A stretch of 64,000 nucleotides of DNA from Treponemataceae bacterium (GTDB lineage Bacteria; Spirochaetota; Spirochaetia; Treponematales; Rectinemataceae), in NCBI GenBank assembly GCA_963678065.2, contig CAXXVZ010000003.1, forward strand, positions 1,216,001 to 1,280,000. Direction: 5' to 3'. Below the pieces are notes generated by a model. The model did not search any database. It was not told the origin of the DNA and saw nothing but the letters and a program-made list of their open reading frames with translations. Every line of letters begins with the position of its first letter. Positions within the stretch are counted from its first letter, which is position 1. A program made the translations under genes and the position numbers. Shown here piece by piece: positions 25,764 to 33,932 of the stretch.

Positions 25764-26062
25764 GGTTTCTCCTCGATCGCAGACCTGGATTCGCGCTTCC
25801 ATTCCGAGACAAAATACTCGTATGCGGCCACCGTGGCAGACATGACGATGTCGCCGAGCTCCCCCCTGCCGATCCAGTCGTTCCCGTCGGAAACATAGAG
25901 ATGCCCGAGAATTCTTTCCGCATCACCGATGCCGAACTCGGCGTCGCGCGCTCTGCGGAGGACAAGCAGCCTCAGTGTTCCCTCGAACACTTCGCTGTAT
26001 TTCGCCTCGCGCCAGTCGGGATTCTCCGAGGAATCGCCAATACCAGTGCCCTTCATATCCAT
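25760..26062 (-). CDS. Hypothetical protein (~100 aa), overlaps GNAT start by 4 bp
   Basis: Open frame with plausible composition (LYVSDGNDWIGRGE); ATGA-type overlap. Confidence 0.65.
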   Translation of the reverse strand: MDMKGTGIGDSSENPDWREAKYSEVFEGTLRLLVLRRARDAEFGIGDAERILGHLYVSDGNDWIGRGELGDIVMSATVAAYEYFVSEWKRESRSAIEEKP

Positions 26063-26095
26063 AGTTTCACCACAATTCCATAGTTCCACCACAAT
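26058..26095. repeat. 19-bp tandem duplication covering RBS and start codon
   Basis: TCCATAGTTTCACCACAAT / TCCATAGTTCCACCACAAT (18/19). Confidence 0.85.
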
Positions 26096-26415
26096 GCCTG
26101 GATCTGCCGGAAAACGGCTCAGTATATACGGTTTCCCGGATTATGCAAATAAAAACGGCTGCAACCACCCCTTTGGGTCGATTCGGCCTGCACGGCGGGA
26201 AGACGGCCTCAATAAATCGAATATTCAACCAGCCACGGCGGGAGAATGCTGCAAGAACCAACAGAGGGTCAAGTATGACATTGACTGATCTGCGATGGCC
26301 TTGAGTCTCATGCCAGCGGAACCTGCCTGACGTGCAGGCGCCGCGGCCATAGTTCGTTCCTCAACCCTTCACCGTATGGTCATGCCTTTGTTATGGCAAG
26401 CAAATATCGGTTATG

Positions 26416-26539
26416 AATATTAACGATAATATTGATGTATTATAGTAAAATACGCAAAATAATGTCATATTAAGTTGTATATCGCAATAAATAACTCTTG
26501 ACAAATTAAGAAACCACATAGAATATTATCGATAATATG
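26416..26539 (+). promoter_or_regulatory. AT-rich promoter with two candidate LacI-type operators
   Basis: AATATTAACGATAATATT (26416-26433), ATATTATCGATAATAT (26523-26538, perfect palindrome over the ATG), TTGACA at 26498. Confidence 0.7.
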
Positions 26540-27544
26540 CGCACTTCACTTAAACAGCTGGCCGACATGAGCGGCTATTCGATCAATACCGTTTCGCGGG
26601 CTCTGCGGAATGAGAGCGACGTAAAAGACGAGACCAAGCTCGCAATCCAGCAGCTTGCCCGGGAGATGGGATACATACCCAACACCGTGGCCAAAAGCCT
26701 GAGAACGGGAAGGACGAATGTGATCGGCGTCGTCTCCGCGGACTCCTCGAATCCCTTCTTCGCGGAAGTGATCCTTGGCATCGAGGATGCCGCCCGCGCG
26801 TGTGATTACCACATACTTCTCGTCAATACGGAGGAGTCTCCGGCACAGGAACGCGAGGCTATCGACGTCCTCGTGGAGCGTCAGGTGGACGGACTGCTCC
26901 TTATGCCGGTATGCGGGGAACACAGCAACGTCGAATACCTCAAAACGCTCGGCATTCCCTTCATCCTCGTGGGCCGGTGGCTCCCGGGGCTTGAAGACCA
27001 CTCGGTCCTGACCGACGAGTACGAAAAGGCCAAGGAGATAACCTCACTGTTCCTGGCGAACGGGCACAGGGACATCCTCCACCTGGCAGGGCCCTCCTTC
27101 GTGAGCAGCTCCTACGACCGGCTGAGGGGATACCGCGACGCCCTCGCGCTCGCGGGTGTCCCTGTCCAGGAGAAACTGATCATCGAGACCGACGGGCATA
27201 CGGAGGACGGCCACCGTCAGATCAATGCCCTGATCCGCAAGGAAATTTCTTTTACGGCCGTCTTCGCCTTCAACGATCTCGTGGCACTCGGCGCGTTGCG
27301 GGCACTCAAGGAGTCAGGCTTCCGCGTGCCGAAGGATATCGAGGTGATGGGCTTCGACGACCTCGACTATTCCCGCTACCTCTACCTGAGCCTGAGTTCT
27401 GTGCGGATACCGAAACAACAGCTGGGTCGCGCCGCTTTCGAAGATCTACGTGAGCACATGCAGGGAATGGAGGTTCCTTACCGGAAAAGAACGCTCGAAT
27501 CCCGCATCATGCTTCGCGAGACCACGTTATTTGAAGAGCCCTGA
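26537..27544 (+). CDS. LacI-family transcriptional regulator
   Basis: LKQLADMSGYSINTVSRAL HTH, GYIPN hinge, NPFFAE, FNDLVALG, GFDD. Confidence 0.95.
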   Translation: MRTSLKQLADMSGYSINTVSRALRNESDVKDETKLAIQQLAREMGYIPNTVAKSLRTGRTNVIGVVSADSSNPFFAEVILGIEDAARACDYHILLVNTEESPAQEREAIDVLVERQVDGLLLMPVCGEHSNVEYLKTLGIPFILVGRWLPGLEDHSVLTDEYEKAKEITSLFLANGHRDILHLAGPSFVSSSYDRLRGYRDALALAGVPVQEKLIIETDGHTEDGHRQINALIRKEISFTAVFAFNDLVALGALRALKESGFRVPKDIEVMGFDDLDYSRYLYLSLSSVRIPKQQLGRAAFEDLREHMQGMEVPYRKRTLESRIMLRETTLFEEP

Positions 27545-27568
27545 GGGGCAAGTACAAGGAGGCATCAG

Positions 27569-28822
27569 GTGAAAAGACTGACAGTCATGGCCATGGCCGC
27601 GCTTCTGCTCTTCGTGGGCACATCCGTGGGCGCCGAGGGCGCGGGCAAGCCCAAGGAAATCACATTCTGGTCCCTGTTCACCGGAGGAGACGGCGAGTTC
27701 TTCGACGCGATGGTGGCAGCATTCAACGCTTCGCAGAACGAGATCGTCATGAAGACCGATACGGTCAAGTTCGACAGCTACTATACGAAGCTCACGGCCG
27801 CGCTCGCGGCGAAGACCGCGCCCGACGTCGTGGTGATGCACCAGGACCGGCTACCCGGTTACGTGCCCAACGGGGTCCTGCTTCCTCTCGATGAGTACAT
27901 CAAGAAAACGGGAATCGACATGAACACCTTCGAACCCGGCCCGCTCGCGAATACCAAATTCAACGGCAAGACCTACGCGATCCCGATGGATGTGCACCCC
28001 CTCATCATGTACTACAACAAGACTCTGTTCGCGAAGGCGGGAGTCACCAAGGTTCCCGAAACCCTGCCCGACCTGATCGCCGCGGCGAAGGCCATCCAGG
28101 ACAGGACGGGAGCAATCGGCATCGCGGCGGACAACACGACCGCAACCTACAAGGCCTACACTCTGACCCGCATGTTCATGTCGATGCTCATGGAGCAGGG
28201 TTTCACCACTCTGGACGCCGCCAACGCCAAGGCGAACTTCAACAATGAAGCGGGCATCAAAGCGTATCAGGCCCTCTCGGAAATGGTGAACAAGTACGGC
28301 GTCATACCTGAAGGCCTCGATTATGATTCTTCCGTCGCCGACTTCAAACTGGGAAAGGCTGGCTTCCACTTCAACGGCGTCTGGGTGACGGGCGCATTTG
28401 AGGCTCAGAGCGGTCTCGACTTCGGCGCCGTGAAGTTCCCTGCCTTTTTCGGAAAGAGTGCGGGCTGGGCCGGCTCCCACACCTTCGCCGTGCCGGTACA
28501 GAACAGGATCGAAGAGGATAAAATACTCGCGGTCATGAAATTCATCGACTGGATGACGAACCATGGCGAGATGTGGGCGAAGGCCGGGCATATCCCCACG
28601 AGGAAGACGGTGATCTCGAAGGCCGAGTTCAAGAGCCTTCCCCACCGTGCGGAATACGCTGACGCCGTAAAGTACTCCTTCGCCACTCCCGGGACTCCGA
28701 AGTGGCCGGAATGCTACAATGCGATCTCCGATTCCCTCGAAGAATCCATCGCGCTCAACAAGGACTCGAGGACGGCTCTTGCACAGATGGAAAAAATCAT
28801 CAACGACATTCTGAAGAAGTAA
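27569..28822 (+). CDS. Carbohydrate ABC transporter substrate-binding protein (CUT1)
   Basis: Signal peptide, FWSLFTGGDG, APDVVVMH, YAIP, YYNK. Confidence 0.92.
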   Translation: MKRLTVMAMAALLLFVGTSVGAEGAGKPKEITFWSLFTGGDGEFFDAMVAAFNASQNEIVMKTDTVKFDSYYTKLTAALAAKTAPDVVVMHQDRLPGYVPNGVLLPLDEYIKKTGIDMNTFEPGPLANTKFNGKTYAIPMDVHPLIMYYNKTLFAKAGVTKVPETLPDLIAAAKAIQDRTGAIGIAADNTTATYKAYTLTRMFMSMLMEQGFTTLDAANAKANFNNEAGIKAYQALSEMVNKYGVIPEGLDYDSSVADFKLGKAGFHFNGVWVTGAFEAQSGLDFGAVKFPAFFGKSAGWAGSHTFAVPVQNRIEEDKILAVMKFIDWMTNHGEMWAKAGHIPTRKTVISKAEFKSLPHRAEYADAVKYSFATPGTPKWPECYNAISDSLEESIALNKDSRTALAQMEKIINDILKK

Positions 28823-28842
28823 AGTCGCCTTGCTCCAATCCT

Positions 28843-28882
28843 GCGCGGCGGGGCGCGTCCCAGAGGATGCGTCCCGCCGCGC
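28843..28882 (+). other. Strong intercistronic hairpin after the SBP gene
   Basis: 18-bp stem GCGCGGCGGGGCGCGTCC/GGATGCGTCCCGCCGCGC with G-U pairs, no U-tract. Confidence 0.65.
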
Positions 28883-28910
28883 GGGCAATCTGCCTCCAGG
28901 GAGAAATTCC

Positions 28911-29780
28911 ATGCATCGCGCCGATCACACGACCAGGGATATCATACTTTTCTCCGCGCCTTTTCTGGTCGTGTACAGTGTATTCCTTGTGTTTCCGGTG
29001 ATCTATGGAATCTACCTGAGCTTCTTCGACTGGAATATCCTGTCGGCAAAGGCTTTCGTGGGGATCAAAAACTACCTGGAGGCATTCAGGGACCAGAAAT
29101 TCCTTTCGTCTCTCGGGCACACCTGCCAATTTGTGCTCTTGTCCACGCCGAGCATCATAATCGTGGGATTCCTGATGGCGCTCGTCGCTGTCCGCCCTTC
29201 GGGCCCGGGCAAGGCGGCCGAGACCATCTTTTTCCTTCCGTACGTTCTGTCGACCGCCGTTGTCGGCACGCTGTGGGGGTGGATTTTCCAGAAAAACTTC
29301 GGACTGCTGAACCAGATTCTGATTCAGGCGGGATTGCGGCCGGTCGGATGGCTCACCGATCCGAAGTACGCCATGATCGCTGTCGCCTGGGCAACTCTGT
29401 GGTGGACGGCGGGCTTCAATATGATTCTCTTCTCGGCCGGAATGAAGCAGATTCCCGATGAAATTTACGATTCCGCGCGCCTCGACGGGGCAGGGAGCTT
29501 CACGACGCTCGTCAGGATCACGATACCGCTTCTCAGGGACACAACGCTGCTCGTTGGCATCCTACAGCTCATCGCTTCGTTCAAGGTATTCGGCCAAGCG
29601 TACGTTATGACTGGTGGGGGTCCCTACGGCAGGACACGGGTGCTGGTCCAGTATGTCTACGAGACCGGATTCAGCTACTTCAGACTGGGCTACGCGTCCG
29701 CGATGTCTATCCTGCTCTTCCTGGTCATCCTGATCATTTCAGCCTTCCAATACTTCGCCAACAAGGACGACGGACGATGA
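28911..29780 (+). CDS. Carbohydrate ABC transporter permease
   Basis: FVGIKNY, EAA-like loop IYDSARLDGA, ITIPLL, GYASA. Confidence 0.93.
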   Translation: MHRADHTTRDIILFSAPFLVVYSVFLVFPVIYGIYLSFFDWNILSAKAFVGIKNYLEAFRDQKFLSSLGHTCQFVLLSTPSIIIVGFLMALVAVRPSGPGKAAETIFFLPYVLSTAVVGTLWGWIFQKNFGLLNQILIQAGLRPVGWLTDPKYAMIAVAWATLWWTAGFNMILFSAGMKQIPDEIYDSARLDGAGSFTTLVRITIPLLRDTTLLVGILQLIASFKVFGQAYVMTGGGPYGRTRVLVQYVYETGFSYFRLGYASAMSILLFLVILIISAFQYFANKDDGR

Positions 29781-30586
29781 AAAAGATCATGGGGAACGTA
29801 GCGCTCGTCCTTCTGCTTATCCTCTGGCTCGCGCCCCTCCTTTGGCTCGTCGTAACGTCGCTCAAGGCCGAGAAGGACGTCATGACCGATCGCCTGACCT
29901 TCTTTTCCGCCGCGCCGACCATCGTGAATTACGCGAAGGCCTTCGGGAAAACGGCCATAGGCAGGTGGCTCATGAACTCCGCCATCGTGGCCTCGGTCGC
30001 GACGACACTGACGTTGATACTCGATTCCACGATGGCATTCGTGCTATCCCGCATCAGATTCCGCGGCAGGAACGCGCTTTTCCTCTTCGTGCTGGCGGGT
30101 ATGATGATACCCTTCGAGGTGATCATCATACAGCTTTATCTCCTGTTCAACGCGATGGGGCTCGTCGACTCTCTGGCCGCGGTGGTCATTCCACGCCTGG
30201 CTCTGCCCATCGGTGTATTCATCCTCGCGCAGTTCTTCAACGGTATACCCGTAGCGCTCGAGGAAGCCGCCTACATGGATGGCGCGAACCGTTTCACGGT
30301 ATTCCGCGCCATCATCATCCCGCTGAGCAAGTCGGCCCTTTTCGCCGTCGCCATCCTCTCCTTCGTCAATGCCTGGAACGATTTCCTCTGGCCCCTCGTG
30401 GTGGTCTCCGATTCGGCGAAATACACCGTGACAGTCGGCATCGCCAATTTCCAGGGTACGCACGGCACGGAGTACTCGCTCATCATGGCGGGCGCCGCCA
30501 TCGCGTCCATTCCGCAGGTGGCGATGTACCTCCTGTTCAAGAAAAACATTGTCAAGGGGATAGCCATGACGGGGATAAAAGGGTAG
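29777..30586 (+). CDS. Carbohydrate ABC transporter permease
   Basis: LEEAAYMDGA, WNDFLWP. Confidence 0.94.
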   Translation: MKKIMGNVALVLLLILWLAPLLWLVVTSLKAEKDVMTDRLTFFSAAPTIVNYAKAFGKTAIGRWLMNSAIVASVATTLTLILDSTMAFVLSRIRFRGRNALFLFVLAGMMIPFEVIIIQLYLLFNAMGLVDSLAAVVIPRLALPIGVFILAQFFNGIPVALEEAAYMDGANRFTVFRAIIIPLSKSALFAVAILSFVNAWNDFLWPLVVVSDSAKYTVTVGIANFQGTHGTEYSLIMAGAAIASIPQVAMYLLFKKNIVKGIAMTGIKG

Positions 30587-30593
30587 CGGGTCG

Positions 30594-32384
30594 ATGAACG
30601 ACGATATGGGGTATGGTTTCTTCGGAGACGACAGCATCTATTCGGAACATCCCGATCCGGCATGGGCGCGCAGGAACTGGATTCCTCTCGACGGGACATG
30701 GAAGATCGCCCACAGGGGCCGCGAAGAGGAGATACAGGTACCCTTCCCCATAGGAAGCGAAGCCGCCGGTGTCGACTTCCGCGACAGCGGCACTTTCACG
30801 TATACACGCTCCTTCGACCTGCCAGGCTTTGGCTGCGGGAAGCGGTATCTCCTGCGCATCGGCGCCTGCGACTACGAGGCAAAGGTGTCCGTGAACGGGA
30901 AAGAGGTCGGACGGCATCGGGGCGGATACGCTTCGTTCTCCTTCGACATCACGGAGGCGGCCGTGCGCGGGAAGAACAGGCTGGAAATCCGCGTCCGGGA
31001 TTCGCACAGTCCCTTCATGGCGCGGGGGAAGCAGACATTCCTGCGCAATCCCTTTTTTGTGTGGTACGCCGGGACGGCGGGCATCTGGCAGAGCGTCTGG
31101 ATCGAGGAGACCGGGTCGAGTTACCTGAGGCAGGCGGATCTGCGGCCCGATTTCACGGAGCGCGTGGTCGAAGGATCGGCCCGCCTCGCCTCTTGCTTTC
31201 CGGCCGGCGCCCCCCTGCCCGCCGGCGCCGCACCATCTTTCGGACTGCGGCTGGAACTTGAGACAGTCGCGCCCGATGGTTCGCGCCGCAGGTTCACGAT
31301 CTCCGCCCCGGACGCGGAAGGCGTCTTCAGGCTCCGTTTCTCCTTCGACGACATCGGCGCGATACTCTGGTCGGTGGATCGGCCCGAGCTCTATGCGCTG
31401 CATTATCGCCTGTATGACGGGGATGAGATCCTCGATACCGTGGAGAGCTATCTTGGCCTGCGGAAGATCGATGTGGACAAGGGTGGCTTTTGCATCAATG
31501 GCGAGCGAACCTATCTCCGCATGGTGCTCGTTCAAGGCTATTATCCGGGGGGCTCGTATGCGCCCACAACCTTCCGCAGGATGGAAGAAGACATACGGGC
31601 GATCAAAGGCATGGGTTTCAATGGCGCGCGCATCCACGAGAAGGTAGAGAACCCCTACTTCCACTACCTCTGCGACAGGCTCGGCCTCATGACGAGTTTC
31701 GAGATGCCCTCGTTCTACCTGCCTTCGCGGAGGGCTTTCGCCGCGTACGAGAGCGAGCTTCGGGAGCTCATCGAGCGCGACTCGATGCACCCCTCCTGCG
31801 TCATGCGGATGCTGTTCAACGAGACCTGGGGAATCTGGGGCATGTACAATCCGCGTTCGAGGACCAGGCGTTTCGTGCTGGACATGATCGGGCTCGCGAA
31901 GAAGTTGGACCCTACCCGCCCGGTGATCGAGAACAGCGGCTGGGAGCACATACGCACCGACGTCGCCGATCTCCATCACTACCTCAAGACATCCGCGCTG
32001 GCCCGAGAGGTCTACGACCGCATCCGCTCCGGCGACCGGGAGGCTCTGTTCGGTTTTTCGCCGCGGCGCGTGCTGGCCTTTTATATCCGCAACCAGGTGT
32101 CCACAAAGACACGTTCTCTCTTCCTCGAAGAGCGCGCGAACACCGGGAATGTTCCGCGCTTCCTCAGCGAGTACGGCGGCTTCGGGTGGTACGAGACCGA
32201 AGAGAAGGACGCCGTAATCGAGAACATCGAGCGGTATACCCGCGACATAGTCGACTCGGGCCTGTTCTGTGGTTACTGCTATACGCAGCTCTACGACGTC
32301 GGCGCGGAGGTCAACGGGCTCCTCGGCTTTGATCGCCGGCCCAAGGTCGACGCCGACCGCGTCAGGGCAGCGAACGGGAAATAG
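30594..32384 (+). CDS. Glycoside hydrolase family 2
   Basis: LDGTW, GACDY, GIWQSVW, CDRLGL, FNETWG (acid/base), SEYGG (nucleophile), YTQLYD. Confidence 0.88.
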   Translation: MNDDMGYGFFGDDSIYSEHPDPAWARRNWIPLDGTWKIAHRGREEEIQVPFPIGSEAAGVDFRDSGTFTYTRSFDLPGFGCGKRYLLRIGACDYEAKVSVNGKEVGRHRGGYASFSFDITEAAVRGKNRLEIRVRDSHSPFMARGKQTFLRNPFFVWYAGTAGIWQSVWIEETGSSYLRQADLRPDFTERVVEGSARLASCFPAGAPLPAGAAPSFGLRLELETVAPDGSRRRFTISAPDAEGVFRLRFSFDDIGAILWSVDRPELYALHYRLYDGDEILDTVESYLGLRKIDVDKGGFCINGERTYLRMVLVQGYYPGGSYAPTTFRRMEEDIRAIKGMGFNGARIHEKVENPYFHYLCDRLGLMTSFEMPSFYLPSRRAFAAYESELRELIERDSMHPSCVMRMLFNETWGIWGMYNPRSRTRRFVLDMIGLAKKLDPTRPVIENSGWEHIRTDVADLHHYLKTSALAREVYDRIRSGDREALFGFSPRRVLAFYIRNQVSTKTRSLFLEERANTGNVPRFLSEYGGFGWYETEEKDAVIENIERYTRDIVDSGLFCGYCYTQLYDVGAEVNGLLGFDRRPKVDADRVRAANGK

Positions 32385-32489
32385 GAGTCAATGCCGGCAT
32401 TGAGCGGGTGCGCCAGGAATCTGTACAGATTGCGCTCCGTCGTATCATTTTGTACGTTGAAATGCACAGCAGGACAATGATTTACCAAT

Positions 32490-32516
32490 AAAAAAGACCC
32501 CCGAATGGGAGCCTTT
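32490..32516 (-). terminator. Intrinsic terminator of the tRNA gene
   Basis: Minus strand AAAGGCTCCCATTCGGGGGTCTTTTTT hairpin with U-tract. Confidence 0.7.
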
Positions 32517-32525
32517 GAAATTTCC

Positions 32526-32598
32526 TAGCGGGAGAGGGACTTGAACCCACGACCGAGCGGATATGAGCCGCTTGCTCTACCGTCTGAGCTATCCCGCC
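32526..32598 (-). tRNA. tRNA-Met(CAT), probably elongator; CCA not encoded
   Basis: GGCGGGATAGCTCAGACGGTAGAGCAAGCGGCTCATATCCGCTCGGTCGTGGGTTCAAGTCCCTCTCCCGCTA folds as a cloverleaf, anticodon CAT; upstream TTGACG-18-TATAAA. Confidence 0.93.
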
Positions 32599-32761
32599 AT
32601 CACGTTCTTGAACCGAAAGTTTTATATCGGTTTTGGAAGCACTTCGTCAAGTGGCATCGCCCCAAGGCGCGGCGCCGGACTGGGTCCAAAGGCCGCAAAG
32701 ACTCACAGCGGGAACAGGCCGGCATTGCGGGAGGGGAGCGGGGAAGGTTATAGTCACGGTC

Positions 32762-33427
32762 ATGGAATGCAGGCTCTGTGGCGGCGAAGCCTCCGAACTG
32801 ATCCTTTCCGGAAGGAAACACGGAGATTGCCCGGAGTGCGGCTATCTCGGCGTCGACGAGAGTCTCTTTCCGGAGCCGGATGCGGAGCGCAGGCGTTACA
32901 CTCTCCACAACAATGATCCCGGAGAGCCGGGCTACCGCGCATACCTCGGGACCTTCATCGATGCCGCCCTGAAACCTTTCCTGCCTGGCGGGGCGCGCAT
33001 TCTCGATTTCGGGTCGGGTCCCGTGCCTGCCCTCGGCGCGATACTCGGGCGGCAGGGGTATCGGGTTCGGTCCTGGGACCCCTTTTTCAGCCCTGAATCC
33101 AGATGGGAAGAAGAGGAATGGGATGCCGTCATCCTCCACGAAGTGGCCGAGCACCTTCACCGCCCCGCGCAGACCTTCCGGAAAATCGCCAGCCACATCG
33201 CTCCGGACGGAATCATCGCCCTCCGGACGCGATTCCGTCCCGGGACCAGGGCAGAGCTCGAATCCTGGTGGTACCGGAGCGACATGACCCACGTCGGGTT
33301 CTATTCGCCCCGAAGCTTCGCCGTTCTCGCCGCCAGGATCGGCTTTTCCCTCGCCTTGTGTGCAGCTCCCGACATGGCCGTGCTGAAACAGTATCGAGCT
33401 TGCGCTCCCGTCCGGGCAGAGCTATAG
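32762..33427 (+). CDS. Class I SAM-dependent methyltransferase with N-terminal Zn-ribbon
   Basis: CRLC...CPEC, RYTLHNN, ILDFGSGP, EVAEH, WWY..D.THV.FY. Confidence 0.85.
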   Translation: MECRLCGGEASELILSGRKHGDCPECGYLGVDESLFPEPDAERRRYTLHNNDPGEPGYRAYLGTFIDAALKPFLPGGARILDFGSGPVPALGAILGRQGYRVRSWDPFFSPESRWEEEEWDAVILHEVAEHLHRPAQTFRKIASHIAPDGIIALRTRFRPGTRAELESWWYRSDMTHVGFYSPRSFAVLAARIGFSLALCAAPDMAVLKQYRACAPVRAEL

Positions 33428-33462
33428 TTCAGGAATCGTATTCCTGCCATAAGGAGGCAGAT

Positions 33463-33921
33463 ATGGCCGAGTTGCGAAGGAAATCGTCCATTATCCTCCT
33501 CGTCGAAGACAATCCCGATGACGAGGAGCTAACCCGGATGGCTCTTGCCGAGAGTAAGATTCTCAACAAGGTTGTCGTCGCCCAGGACGGTCCCGAAGCC
33601 CTCGATTACCTCCTCGCAACCGGTCCTTACGAAAATCGTGATCCCTCCCTCGATCCCGAACTCGTGCTCCTCGACCTCAAGCTTCCCAAGCTCGGCGGAC
33701 TCGAGGTTCTCCGGAGGATGCGCGCGGAGAAGCGCACACAGATGATACCGGTCGTCGTTCTCACGACATCGAGCGAGGAAGAGGACATCATCGCGAGTTA
33801 CCGTCTCGGAGCAAACAGCTATGTGCGAAAGCCCGTGGAGTTCAACCATTTCGCCGCAGCCGTGAAGCAGCTCGGAATGTACTGGCTCCTTCTCAACGAG
33901 ACACCTCAGAGTTTTTTCTGA
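33463..33921 (+). CDS. Single-domain response regulator (Rcp1-like)
   Basis: LLVEDNPDD, LLDLKLPK, VVVLTTS, GANSYVRKP, YWL. Confidence 0.92.
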   Translation: MAELRRKSSIILLVEDNPDDEELTRMALAESKILNKVVVAQDGPEALDYLLATGPYENRDPSLDPELVLLDLKLPKLGGLEVLRRMRAEKRTQMIPVVVLTTSSEEEDIIASYRLGANSYVRKPVEFNHFAAAVKQLGMYWLLLNETPQSFF

Positions 33922-33932
33922 GAACATGATTC

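Noticed and set aside
26191..26246. GCGGGAGA match to the tRNA-Met 3' end as an att site; CACGGCGGGA repeated twice
   Set aside because: Only about 8 bp identity in GC-rich DNA and no integrase; chance is sufficient
32526..32598. tRNA-Ile2 (lysidine) or initiator tRNA-fMet
   Set aside because: No C1:A72 mismatch and no three consecutive G-C anticodon-stem pairs; acceptor GGCGG/CCGCTA resembles elongator Met; Ile2 not fully excluded without tRNAscan-SE or TFAM
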